Of a DNA stretch of 64,000 nt, positions 11,193 to 23,424 are shown in pieces. The notes under the pieces are model-generated. The model had not been told where the DNA came from, ran no database searches, and saw only the letters and a list, made by a program, of their open reading frames with translations. Each line of letters starts with the position of its first letter. Position 1 is the stretch's first letter. A program made the translations under genes and the position numbers. The stretch is from Azolla caroliniana (lineage: Eukaryota > Plantae > Polypodiophyta): contig JBHGNT010000012.1 of assembly GCA_043228905.1 (NCBI GenBank), positions 6,696,001 through 6,760,000 on the forward strand, read 5' to 3'.

Positions 11193-14100
11193 TGTCGCGT
11201 TGTTATGCGCGTGCGTGTAGAAAGGCGGGACCACGGGGGTCCTGGACTAGGGAGTGACGGAGCGTAGGAAGTCGTGCTTCACCCTTTTCGGGGCACCCCA
11301 GGAGCACACCGGAAGCAACTGAACGAGAGAGAGAAAGAGAGGGAGATAGAGAGGGAGCGCGCGCTTGACACTGACTCACGCACACACACACACACCGACC
11401 CGACTCACACCCTTATGTGCAGGAACACAGGAAAGCGGAAGCACCCGACACCAACAGAGACACGAGTATACACAAACAGACGCAAAAGTATGTATTACAA
11501 GGGAAAGAATACAACCCCGGCTTCAAGCTGGACCAAGCTAGGGTAGGTTACAACAGCAGTCTGCAGCCAAGCCACCGTCCGGGGAGCTCTCGGGCTCGTC
11601 ACGCAGAGCGGGGTCTTGCACAGGAGACTGAGCGGGAACAGCCCTCCACAGTCCACCCACACCGCGAAGAAGAGGAAGAAGAAGTAGAAGAACTAACCCT
11701 AAATCTAACGGTATACCCTCTAACACAATGGGCAACCCCTCTACAAGGGACCATCCCTTCCTTTTATAGAACAAGGAGAGGGATGCGTTACAATGTGGGA
11801 TAAATCCCGATTTACATGGGATTCTTCGTCCCGACTTATTATTCACACAATTACATGAGGGTGAGTGCACATGGTGCACCCCGCCGATGTAGCCAATATT
11901 TCTCGGTTTCCACCTCTAGACGAAATTCTTCATGACATCCGCCCCCACCTAACCGCACGTCTACCGGTACGTGCCAAATCCGGTGAAGGGTGAGAGATTT
12001 CGGCTGGTGAGAAACCGGTCTTCTGTAATCCGCATCCCGTAGGCTCGTTCGACCCGTCGATGGGTCCTTCGCCGCGATCTCCGTAGTACGCGTACTTCCA
12101 ATGGCCCTGGTTTGGCCGTATGCACGCTCCGTTCTCCGCCTTATGCCCGATGTCCTCCGCTTGAAGAACGCCTGTAGTGGCCCGCTTGGCCCTTCCTGTC
12201 TTCGTGCTATTGCAACAGGTCCTGAGTCTTCCGCTTGTCATTGTCCCCTCGCCCCCACCAGCTTGTCACCCCGGGCTTGCTGTGGCAGTCTTTGCTACTT
12301 CGACGGAGCTACCGAGATCTACGAAGCGAGTGTGGAGGATCCTCCTCCGACCTCTCTTGCCATCCCCTGACTCCGACCCTGTGCAGTCCACTAGGCACCC
12401 GTCACCTCGTTCTCAGCACCGCCCGTGCCGAACACCGTCTAGTAGTCACGCTTCGATCTGGCCCACGATGGCCACTTGCATGACTCTTGTTCCGTCCCAG
12501 GTGTGCCTTTTCGGCCCGACACACCTCCCTGGGTTTGCCCTACTGGCTCCTTCCGCTACCGTAACCGGCCGGTAAGGGCTCGCACTTCGTCTGTCCCGTC
12601 TTACCGACCTTTGTTGATGTCGGGTCCCGTCCCTTGCCGCCACCTTCCTTCTCCCTCGGTCTTACGCTGCCTCGTCGGCCAAACAACCATGGTCTCCAGA
12701 GCGGTCTTCGTTTCGTTGCTTGCCGAAATTCAGGGTGTCTTTGTTTGAGTCCCTCCCGGATTCTCCTCGTGTCTTCCGCGTAGTCGGGTCCCGTTTCCGG
12801 CCGCCACCAACCTCTCTCGGTCTCATGTTGCCACGTTGGCCGAACAACCGGAGTCTCTAGTTCGGTGTGGGGATCCCGTAGGACCGGACTTCCTTACGCC
12901 CACTCACCTTGCTGGAAGGTTTGAGATGGTCCGTAGCCACCTTGCCGGCCTGATACTTTCTTTCTCTGCTTCCGTCGTCCGATCACGTTCACCTGCCGCC
13001 ACCGATCTCCCCTATAGGACTCACGACGGCACTCGGGCCGACCGCCGGATCGGTGTGAGGATCTTCGTGGGACCTCGGTTTGCCTGCCCTTGTCCCCCCA
13101 CTGCCACCGTCAGTATCTTGGTCTTACGCCGACCGCGTTGCCGATTGCCGAAGTCTCTAGATCCGGTGTGAAGGATCTTCCTTGGGCTCCTCGTATCCTT
13201 GACCCTTCTCATGGCTCTTCCTTCCTTCGCCAGCCAAGAGGGTGGCTTGCTCCACACCCGCTCTCGTGGTACCGACGTACCGTGTTCCCGGCCTCTTCGT
13301 AGGCCTGCTCTCTTCCTCCCTCCCAGAATGGTTATCTAGGAGTCCTCTCCGCCCGGTTCTCGTCCGGGTCCGTTCATCATTCTCCGGATTGCCGGGTCCC
13401 ATTTTCCTGTTGCCACCGACCTCTCCTATAAGACTCACGCCGGCATTCGGGCCGACAGCCGGATTGGTGTGAAGATCTCATAGGACCGGTTTTTGTTCTC
13501 CTCTTCATCCCCCGTACTTCTCTGTAACTTGTCGTCGCTCTCCTTGTTGCGTTCCCACCTCCATCTTCCATCTCTTTCGGTCTTACGTTGCCCCGTCGGC
13601 CGAACAACTGTAGTCTCCGGATAGGATGTGGCGTAACCGATTTCGTGGTCGGCGGTCGTCTCCTTACCGATCGCGCAAGCCCTGTCTAGGCTTGCTTCTC
13701 CAATGTCCGGGGTTTCGGGCTGACACGCCCGACACCGCTGGTTCCAGCTTTCCGATCCCGCGATCGGTATCTCGGCCTCGTCCTTGGCCGTTTTATCTCC
13801 GCATGTCGAGAGGGAGTTTTGTTCCGCATCCTCCCCCATGGTACCGTGGTACCGACCTTCCGTCATCGCGTGGGGCAAGTCCGTCTCCTCAGTCTCGGCT
13901 TGCGGCCTCGATCTTTCCTCTTCCTCGAGCATCGCCTCGAGAGCTGTGTACGCCTCCGCAATCCCGGCCCCAACGCCGTCCCTTGCCGACTCTCTTTGCC
14001 ATTCGACCTCTTCCTACTGTGATGGCACGTCGTCGCGCCCCTTCCTCTTAGTCCTCTCGGCTCGCTCGTTATCTAGCCGTTGGCACACCCTTCTGACCTT

Positions 14101-15039
14101 CGACCAGTCCTCCGTAAGCCCATTTGCTCCGTCGTCGTCTTCGAGCTCAATCCCGATGGCCTCCTGTTCCGCTCGGTCGATCGACCTGACGAACAATAGG
14201 ACTTTATCTGCCCCCACCAGACCTTGTTCCCGCTCCGGAAGCCGAGCAAGCCGTTGCTCGAACTCTCAGAACGCCTTCGTTGCGCCCCGGTGGGTCTTTG
14301 CCGACGATATCCATTGGTCAAAGTCACACCTTCCCCAGCCTTTCGGCTGCCCTCTGTATGCCTTCAGGAGCACCTCTTCAAAGGCCTCCCACGAATTATG
14401 AGCCTCACGGAGCTCCTTTACTTTTGCATGCATCCGGACAGCTACGACCCGACAGAAGAACTCCAGCCTCAACGTCTCGTCTACGCCACACACTTCCATT
14501 TCCGTGTTGTAGGCTTCCAAGTAAAATGGGACCTTGTTCCCATTGAAACGGCCAACTCTTTCGACCACTCGTTCAATAGATTGTTGCGTTGCTTCTCGCC
14601 TCATCACCACTCGTGCAAACTCCAACACCACTTCGGCCACCATCTCCGCGAGGTCATCATCTTCCAGCTCCATCCTCCCTTGCCGCCTTTCACGTCGGGT
14701 TCACCAAATATGTCGCGTTGTTACGCGCCTGCGTGTAGAAAGACGGGACCACGGGCGTCCTGGACTAGGGAGTGACATAGCGCAGGAAGTCGTGCTTCAC
14801 CCTTTCCGGAGGACCCCAGGAGCACACCGGAAGCAACCGAACGAGAGAGAGAAAGAGAGGGAGATAGAGAGGGAGCGCGCGCTTGACACCGACTCACGCA
14901 CACACACACACACACCAACCCGACTCACGCCCTTATATGTAGGAACGCAGGAAAGCAGAAGCACCTGACACCAACAGAGACACGAGTATACACAGACAGA
15001 TGCCAAAGTATGTATTACAAGGGAAAGAATACAACCCCG
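11193..15039 (-). mobile_element. tRNA-Trp-primed gag-only LTR element (3' LTR 11193-~11871, PBS 14689-14706, truncated 5' LTR 14711-15039)
   Basis: Direct repeats starting TGTCGCGTTG. PBS TGGTGAACCCGACGTGAA (minus). Gag-like ORF 14673 to ~14014. No RT, RNase H or INT motifs seen. Confidence 0.85.
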
Positions 15040-18000
15040 GTGGAGAGGGTCCGGAGTATGCTGGCGCATGCAAAACTACCCAAGAAGTTTTGGGCTGAGG
15101 CATTGTCGACGGTGACATATGTGATAAACAGATCACCCTTAGTACCCTTGGACGGAGACACGCCACAAAGAGTCTGGACCGGTAAGGAAGTGTCCTACCG
15201 GCATCTGAAAGTATTCAGGTGTCTTGCGTACATGCATGTTGTTAAGGACCAGAGAGGAAAGTTGGATCCAAAGACTCGGTCATGCATATTCCTCGATTAC
15301 GGCGACGATGAGTTCGGCTACCGAGTGTGGGACCTGGTCGACAAGAAGGTATTCAGGAGTCGAGATATTATCTTCATGGAGGACAAGACGCTCGCCGATT
15401 GGGAGTCGGAGAAGAAGATAATGAACTCCGAGTCGACCGGTAAGGATCGATTCTACGATGAGCAGACCCAATCGGCAAGAGACCGGTTAGCACTTGAGGA
15501 ACCAACCGGTTACAGTGAGGATACCGAACCCGTAGAAGAAGAAATAGAGGAAGCTGAAACCGGAACTGGCCAAGACCCCTCATCAGATTCGGATGAAGAG
15601 CAAATGGAGGAGCCGGTTATCGAAGCCCAGACACGGAGATATCCTCTTAGAGAGAGAAGGGTACCCTCGGAGATTTCCGGATGCAGAGCATGTGCTGCTA
15701 ACCGATGACGGGGAGCCAAAAAGCTTCGAAGAAGCAAAGGATGTCACCCACAACCGCAAATGGTTAAGTGCCATGCAGGATGAGATGGATTCCCTGCATG
15801 AGAACCATACGTACGAATTGGTGGAGTTGCCGAAAGGAAAGCGGGCACTTCGAAATAAGTGGGTGTACAAGTTGAAACTGGAAGATGCCGGCAACTCCCC
15901 AAGATACAAAGCCAGGATCGTGGTGAAGGGGTTCCAGCAGAAGAAGGGCATGGAATTCGACGAGATATTTGCCCCGGTAGTAAAGATGACCTCCATCCGG
16001 ACGGTGTTGAGCATAGCGGCAAGCATGGACCTCGAGGTAGAGCAGCTGGACATGAAGACGACATTCCTTCACGGTGACCTCGAAGAGGAGATCTACATGC
16101 AGCAACCGGAAGGATTCGTGGTGAAAGGGAAGAGCACCTGGTTTGCCGGTTGAAGAAGAGCCTCTACGGGTTGAAGCAGGCCCCTCGACAATGGTACCGG
16201 AAGTTCGACTCCTTCATGACAGATCAAGGGTACCACAAAACGCGGGCCGATGACTGTGTGTTGGTGAAGAAGTTTGAAGGAGGCGACTTCCTGATACTCC
16301 TTCTATACGTGGACGACATGTTGATTTTTTGCCCCGGTAGTAAAGATGACCTCCATCCGGACGGTGTTGAGTATAGCGGCAGGCATGGACCTCGAGGTAG
16401 AGCAACTGGACGTGAAGACGACATTCCTTCACGGTGACCTCGAAGAGGAGATCTACATGCAGCAAACGGAAGGATTCGTGGTGAAAGGGAAGGAGCACCT
16501 GGTTTGCCGGTTGAAGAAGAGCCTCTACGGGTTGAAGCAGGCCCCCCGGAAATGGTACCGAAAGTTCGACTCCTTCATGACCGATCAAGGGTACCACAAA
16601 ACACAGGCCGATCACTACGTGTTTGTGAAGAAGTTCGAAGGAGGCGACTTCCTGATACTCCTTCTGTACGTGGACGACATGTTGAAGTTTTGCCCCGGTA
16701 GTGAAGATGACCTCCATCCGGACAGTGGTGAGTATAGCGGCAAGCATGGACCTCGAGGTAGAGCAACTAGACGTAAATACGACATTCCTTCACGGTGACT
16801 TCGAAGAGGAGATCTACATGCAGCAACCAGAAGAATTCGTGGAGAAAGGGAAGGAGCACCTAGTTTGCCGGTTGAAGAAGAGCCTCTACGGGTTGAAGCA
16901 GCCGCCCCGGCAATGGTACCGGAAGTTCGACTCATTCATGACCGATCAAGGGTACCACAAAATGCAAGCCGATCACTGCGTGTTTGTGAAGAAGTTCGAA
17001 GGAGGCGACTTCCTGATACTCCTTCTGTACGTGGACTACATGTTGATCGTCAGACGGGACCAAGCCAAAATACGGATGCTGAAGAAGGCTCTCCACCGGA
17101 CCTTCTCAATGAAAGACTTGGGTCTGGCAAGACAGATGCTGGGGATGCATATTATCCGGGACCGGTCAATGAAGCAATTGTGGCTGTCACAGGAGAAGTA
17201 CATGACAAAGGTGCTTCAGCGGTTCAACATGTCAGATGCGAAACCGGTCGGATCGACACTTCCGGCAAACTGCAGGTTATCCGGAAAGCAAAGCCCGAAG
17301 ACGAAAGCAGAGAAGACGGATATGATGACGGTTCCATATGCCTCTGCTATCGGGAGCTTAATGTACCCAATGGTGTGTACTCGACCAGATATTGGATACG
17401 TAGTCTGAGTGGTGAGCCGGTTCATGAGCAATCCCAGCAAGGAGCACTAGAACGCGGTTAAATGGATACTCAGGTACTTGAAGGGAACTTTGAATATGTG
17501 TCTCCGATTCGGCTCCGGTAAACCTCAACTTGACGGTTTTACCGATTCGGACATGTCGGCTGATGTGGATACCAGCCGGTCTACAAAAGATGGTTGCGTT
17601 GTCAACCACGGAGGCGTAGTACATGGCGGCTGTGGAATCCGACAAGGAAATATTATGGATGAAGGACTTCATCAGAGAGCTCGGTATCCAGCAAGATGAA
17701 TACCGGCTCTATTGCGACAGTCAAAGTGCCATCCACCTTGCTAAGAATGGAGCCTACCATTCCCGGACGAAGCATATCCAGCGAAGGTATCACTGGATCC
17801 GGGAAATAGTAGATGACCAGGAGTTCGCGCTGACGAAGATCTACACAGCCGAGAACGGGTCAGATATGCTAACCAAAGTACTGATACCCGATAAGCTGGA
17901 AGCATGCTGGAAGCGGATCAGACTAGTAAGAAATCTCATGCCGGAGTGAAGGGGGAGTTTGTTAGGAAACAAGTCCCTTCGGATGGGATGACCCGGTGAG

Positions 18001-18599
18001 AACCGAATGACAAGTACTCGGCTACGGAAGACCCGGTGAGAACCGGATAAGGAGTACCCGGCTACAAAAGAGCCGGTGAGAACCGGATGAGGAGTACCCG
18101 GCAAGAGCCAGATGATGAAGGCCCGGTGAGAAGTGCTTACCGGATGAAGGGACATATTCGTAAATATGTTTTCTGAGAATCCATCGGGGCTATATTTGTA
18201 AATAGTCGAAAAGTCATATTAGTATAAATATGACTTAGGGCAAACTTAGAAGTGGTGTTGTCATTCTTGTTGGTGCAAGATCAGAGAGTGCGTAACAGTG
18301 TACAGAGAGAGAGAGAGAGAGAAAGAGGTCGTTGCCTCTGTTGTAACCGCCGCCTGTGGCGAAGATCGTGAGCGCGAGGTCGTTGCCTCCGTGAGCTCAC
18401 TGTTGTAACCATTGTGATATAGTGATAGTTTGGAGTCTGTGGACTCCCGTGGTTTTTCCCCCTCTCAAGGTTTTCCACGTTAAACATCCAGTGTACTTTT
18501 CTCTCCTTTGTGTCGTGCGTTCGTTATCCGTTTTTTGTGTTTGATCTTAGACTCGGTTGTGGCCAAGCGTTGTTCATCGAGAGCGTGTGGTTCCTGTCA
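15040..18599 (+). mobile_element. 5'-truncated copia family B (INT, RT, RNase H, PPT, 3' LTR 17960-18599)
   Basis: FWAEAL, LDVKT and YVDD motifs; PPT AAGGGGGAG; TG..CA LTR. Confidence 0.93.
15968..17050 (+). repeat. Three tandem copies of a 360/361-bp RT segment (FAPVVKM to YVDDML)
   Basis: TTTGCCCCGGTAGT recurs at about 15968, 16328 and 16689. Confidence 0.93.
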
Positions 18600-18890
18600 A
18601 AGATTTAGTTTGTTTTGCTCACTGATGAGCAACGATTCTTCTTCACTTGTGGCAATCGCCAAAGTGTTCTTGTTGTTTGAAATCTTCTTCGACTAAACAC
18701 CGTCGGCTCTCCCCTTATCCTTCCGGTAGAGTCGACAATTTTTCTGGAATTGCCCTGAGTAGAAGCACATGGGCCTTCCCCTTGACTTCGACCTTGTCCC
18801 TTACTTCTCCTAGTTCTGGAGACTCCGATTCTGTCTTCTTCCCCGATTTGTATCACCTTCCGTGACTAGGGCCTTTGGGTCGGAAATTGC
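18600..18890 (-). mobile_element. Copia B-related gag zinc-knuckle fragment
   Basis: RSKSRGRP-like and IATSEEE segments. Confidence 0.7.
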
Positions 18891-18919
18891 CTACCCAAGT
18901 AAGAATCAACATCCCTTAC

Positions 18920-20636
18920 ATATAGAGAAAACTCGTGAATCCCACGAGTATAGTGTATTAATCGTTATTTAGAAACATATTCAATTTCCAAAGATTCCAC
19001 ACACATTACATTGTGCTCCCCATCGTTACATAGTGATGAGAGAGGCTTAACAATTCATTCTTTTCTCTATCTATGGTCTCCATGCTTTATCTATCTATAG
19101 ACTATATGTTTTCTCTAAAAGTGATCATGCTTTTTCTAACTTCATGCATTTTTTTATCGACTATAGTGTTCATGCACGCTAGATGTGCACGTGTTAGCTT
19201 CTTCTTTTTATCATGCGTTTTCTTTTCTAACTAAATCTTTTTCCTAGAAAATATCCGTGAAATAACATTTCTATGTGGGATAACTTCTTTTTTAACACTC
19301 ATGATGTGTTAGTATAATGGTAAGGCTTCAACGTATTAATATGGAGGTACAAAGTTTGAATCTTGCCCTATGCATGTAATATATATTTTAATACTTTCTT
19401 GGTTTTCTTCATATTTATTCAATCTAGTACTCTATACGTTTTTCACATAATGTACGAAATACACTACACTACGACACTCGTGCCCTCCGAACCTGCACAT
19501 CCTTCGGTATGTGCCGAAGTTGTTGGAGCTCGTTATTCTCCTTTATCCGTAATACCCTCTGTTTCTCCCACAATGTTGTCTTTGTCTCTCCATTTTGAGC
19601 ACATCCATTTTTTCCACCCGAACCATTGTTGCCATCCGATCCACCATATTCTTCGATCACTCTTTGCATTGCCATGACCGATTCTTATGGCTCCTTCTGC
19701 TCTTCTTGAGCTTAACCCTTCATGTCTCATGCATGTGCCACCTTCATTCCGACTGTCTCGTTGGTCAAGGCACTCCACATTTCGTCCACCTTCATCGTAC
19801 AATCTCGCATTAGAGTTGACAATCTTCATGTTAGAGCCCTCCTTCTTTGTGGAGATCTCATCCTCAATAACACCCTTCAAATCCGCTTGGCCCTTGTCCT
19901 CTTTGGTAGTGTGGAGATCTCTTTCCAATCGATTGATTTTACAACCATTAGGACTTTATCCTCCCCCACCAATCTTTGTTCCCACTCCAAGAGTCGAGCA
20001 AAACGATGCTCAAACTCTAGGAATGCTTGTGTTGCACTTCGGTGGGTCTTCGTTGATGCCACCCATTGTTCAAACTCGCGTCGATCTCGTTCCTTCGATC
20101 TCTCGTAGTCATATGCCTCTCGTAAAGCTTCCTCAAAAGACCCCCATGTTGGGTTTTGTTGCCGTATCTTGTAGATTCTCTCTTGTAACTCATCCGTGGC
20201 TACCCGATTGAAGGATATCACTTGCAATCCTTCCGGTATCCCACATCACATCATCTCCGCCTTGTAGTCACGTAGATAGCGTGACACATCCTTTCCATTG
20301 AATTGTCTGTTTCGTTGTACGAGCCGCTTTATTGCCGCCGTGATCTTGGACATCACTCGTTGATCTTTTAGCATCCGCTCGAACATCATCATCATCGTGT
20401 TCATCGCGTCTTGTTGATTCTCCATCTCCTTGCCAACCATCTTCACGTCGGGTTCACCAAATGTGTCGTGCCTTTCGGCACCGGATCATTGCGTGAGTCT
20501 GGTGGGAACCACTAGTGTTTTGGACTAGGAAGAGGAAGAATTTGAGACGAGTTTAGTTACGAATATGAATAGATTATAAGAAAGAGATAGAAATTCGTGA
20601 ATCCCTCGAATATAGTTTTTTAGTTTTATTAATATT
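18920..20636 (-). mobile_element. Second, older tRNA-Trp-primed gag-only element (3' LTR ending 19476, PBS 20442-20459, 5' LTR from 20464)
   Basis: Identical 18-nt PBS; gag homologous to 14014-14673 (FNGKDVSRYL, DKVLMVVKSID); internal region under 1 kb. Confidence 0.75.
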
Positions 20637-20739
20637 TGTGAAAGTTAGTGTGCGGAAGCGTTCGACAAACCGGCTCAGCCGGATAGCAACAGAAAATGAG
20701 AAAAGGTTTAATGGAGAACTTAACACAGAGAATACGTGT

Positions 20740-20779
<40 letters not shown>

Positions 20780-23420
20780 AGAACATAAACTCAATTCAAA
20801 ATAACACTCTAAGACTCTGTACATAGAATGTGCTCAGATAGCACTTTTATACAAGTCCATAAAGGACTTACAGAAGTACTGATAGGTACTTCAATGCTCA
20901 CATGAGCGACTATCATTGACTCCCAAAAATATGCCTACGTACTAGGCTGGATCTGTAGGCCTCAAATGGCCTACCGGTTTCAATCCGAATCGGCTCTCCG
21001 ATCCAGATCCGGTTGAGCTTGCTTGCTCAACACTCCCCCTCAAGCTCAACTTGAGGTCAGATCATGGTGTGAGTGTCTATAGTAGCCAGTCCTTTCCTCC
21101 GGCTCCTTCTGACGTCCTCCCACCTTGCTCGTGCTCTTCGTTCCGTCCGGTTCCACTTCCGACGACCCATTCGGTACTGTGCACCTTGACCTCCTTGGTC
21201 AGCTTGTCTGCTCAATAGACCCATTTCAGCTCCTTCGTTGCTATGACTCCAGCGCTTGTTGATCCATTGGTTACTCCGTGTCGGTGTCGACTACCACTGC
21301 CTTCTCGTCCACTTGGCCTTTAGTTGACCCGGCTTTTCCGAATCCAACTGTTGAACTGAATCGGGTGTCTCCGATTCATTCCCACTCTTCTTCGAGCTGG
21401 TAGTCTCCAACTTCTTGACTCTACCGCCGCTGCCACTTGCTCCGATTTTTTCAGATGTGTCGACTACTTCGGTCAGCTCGGCTTCCTTTTTCTGCTTATC
21501 TCCAGCTTTGGTTCTTTCTTCCTCTCCGGCTCCTTGTCCGGTGCCATTCGTTCCCGTTCCTGTTCTCCCCCTCAAGTGCGGCACATCGAGACGCTGAATG
21601 CCGAGCATCTCAAAAAGTGCTTCAATTTGTCCGATCCGAGTGGCATGGTGAAGATATCGGCAACTTGCCAATCTGTGTGAACATACCGAAGTTCAACTTC
21701 ACCGCTCAGGACCCACTCACGCTCAAAACGATAATGCACTTCTATGTGCTTTGTCCGAGTATGGAATACAAGATACTTGGCGAGTTGTATGCTGCTTACG
21801 TTATCAGAGTCGGCACCTTGATCAAGAGATCTTGTAGTAGTTGCCGAAGCCAGATGGCTTCATAGTTGGCATTGGTAGCGCTCTAGTACTCAGTCTCAGT
21901 GCTCAATAGAGCCATTGTCGGCTGCTTTTTGCTGCTCCACACAACAACCCTGCTACCTAGAGAAAACATGTAACCGAAGGTGGATCGACGATCCGATGCA
22001 TCACCAGCGTAGTCGGCATCGGTATATCTGACTAGTTTCCCATCTATACTGTGTCAGTATAACAGTCCCCGGTCCTCCGTGCCGCTAACATACCGGAGTA
22101 TCCGGTGTGCGCACTGAAGGTGCTCGACGGTCGGTTTCTGCATGAACTGGCTGATCACTCCGACCGGGTAACTGAGGCTTCCGACAATTTGTCGGAACCG
22201 TTTCTTGTCGCAGGTCGGGCCGGAGTTCGGACGTTGTCGTGCCTTTCTGCTCCGGATCGTTGCGTGAGTCGGGTGGGAACCGCCGAGGATGGTTTTCACG
22301 TAGTGTGTGGAATACACTACGACAATGTAGCTTCAGGTTCCGGTCCAGGGGTGTGGAGATTGGTCGGCATTCCGTCATGCCAAACTTATACAACATATTC
22401 AACACATTATGGCATTGTGAGAGCAATATGCTGTCAAGGGTCTAGATCACCAACATCCCAAGAAAGTAATGAAGGTCCCCCAAGTCCTTCATTTCAAATG
22501 CGTTTGACAGCTAGGACTTCACTTTGCCGATTTCATCGAGTCCAGGTCCGGTGATGACTAAATCATCTCCATAAAGCAAAATGCAAACCGGACCGTCTAG
22601 ACCGTTCCGGATGAACAATGAAGAGTCAGACTTTGAGGCCGCAAACCCCATCTTACGCAACCGGTGTGTGATCTTCGCATTCCAAGTTTGGGGGGCTTGC
22701 TTCAGACCATAAAGTGACTTCTTGAGGCGGCATACTGACGATTTGTTCATCTCCGATATGAATATGGAGGGTTGGATCATATAGACCCGTTCTTCAAGAT
22801 CGTCTTAAAAAAATGCATTCTTTACGTCCATTTGGTGAAGATGCCTTCCCCTTGCCGCAACAACAGCTAGTACCACATGAACCGTAGTCATATTCGCTAC
22901 CAGAGCGAAGGTCTCGTCGTAGTCGATTCCATGGGTTTGTGTGTATCCCTTCACCACTAACCGGGCCTTGTACGAGTTGATTGAACCGTCGGTGTTGTAC
23001 TTTACCTTGTACACCCATTTGCAACCGATTGGTTTACAATGTCGAGAAGGGTCAACGAGGTCCCAAATGTTGTTGGCATCTCGTGCCCGCATTTCGTCCT
23101 CCATAGCAGAACACCAATTTGTGTCTTTTGCTGCTTCTGCATAACTCTTTGGCTCACGCACCTCCGCCACCTTAGTCATGTAGGCATCGTGATGCGCCAT
23201 GTACTCATTGTATCCATACCTCTAGACGGGGTTCTTCTGGAGTATTGAGTGACGTAACTTTCCGTTAGCCGGTTTGAGGCCCTTCTTGGCCGGTTCAGGC
23301 TTCCTTTATGAAGATCCACCTTCTTCCTTTCCGGGGTCAGATCCGCTCCGATCCTACCCTTCACTGCCAGTATCATATTCCACCATCTTCTTCTTCCCCT
23401 TCTTTTTTGTTGTGATTTCG
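20637..23420 (-). mobile_element. Copia family A 3' half (RT, RNase H, 3' extension, PPT, 3' LTR 20637-21032)
   Basis: RT and RNase H motifs, PPT at 21033-21042, LTR homologous to 34674, 41714 and 61696. Confidence 0.9.
22235..22324 (-). mobile_element. 90-bp miniature solo LTR of the Trp-primed family, 4-bp TSD ACGT/ATGT
   Basis: TGTCGT..ACGACA ends; left part matches 20464 onward, right part matches 19458-19476; interrupts copia RT cleanly. Confidence 0.82.
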
Positions 23421-23424
23421 GTCC

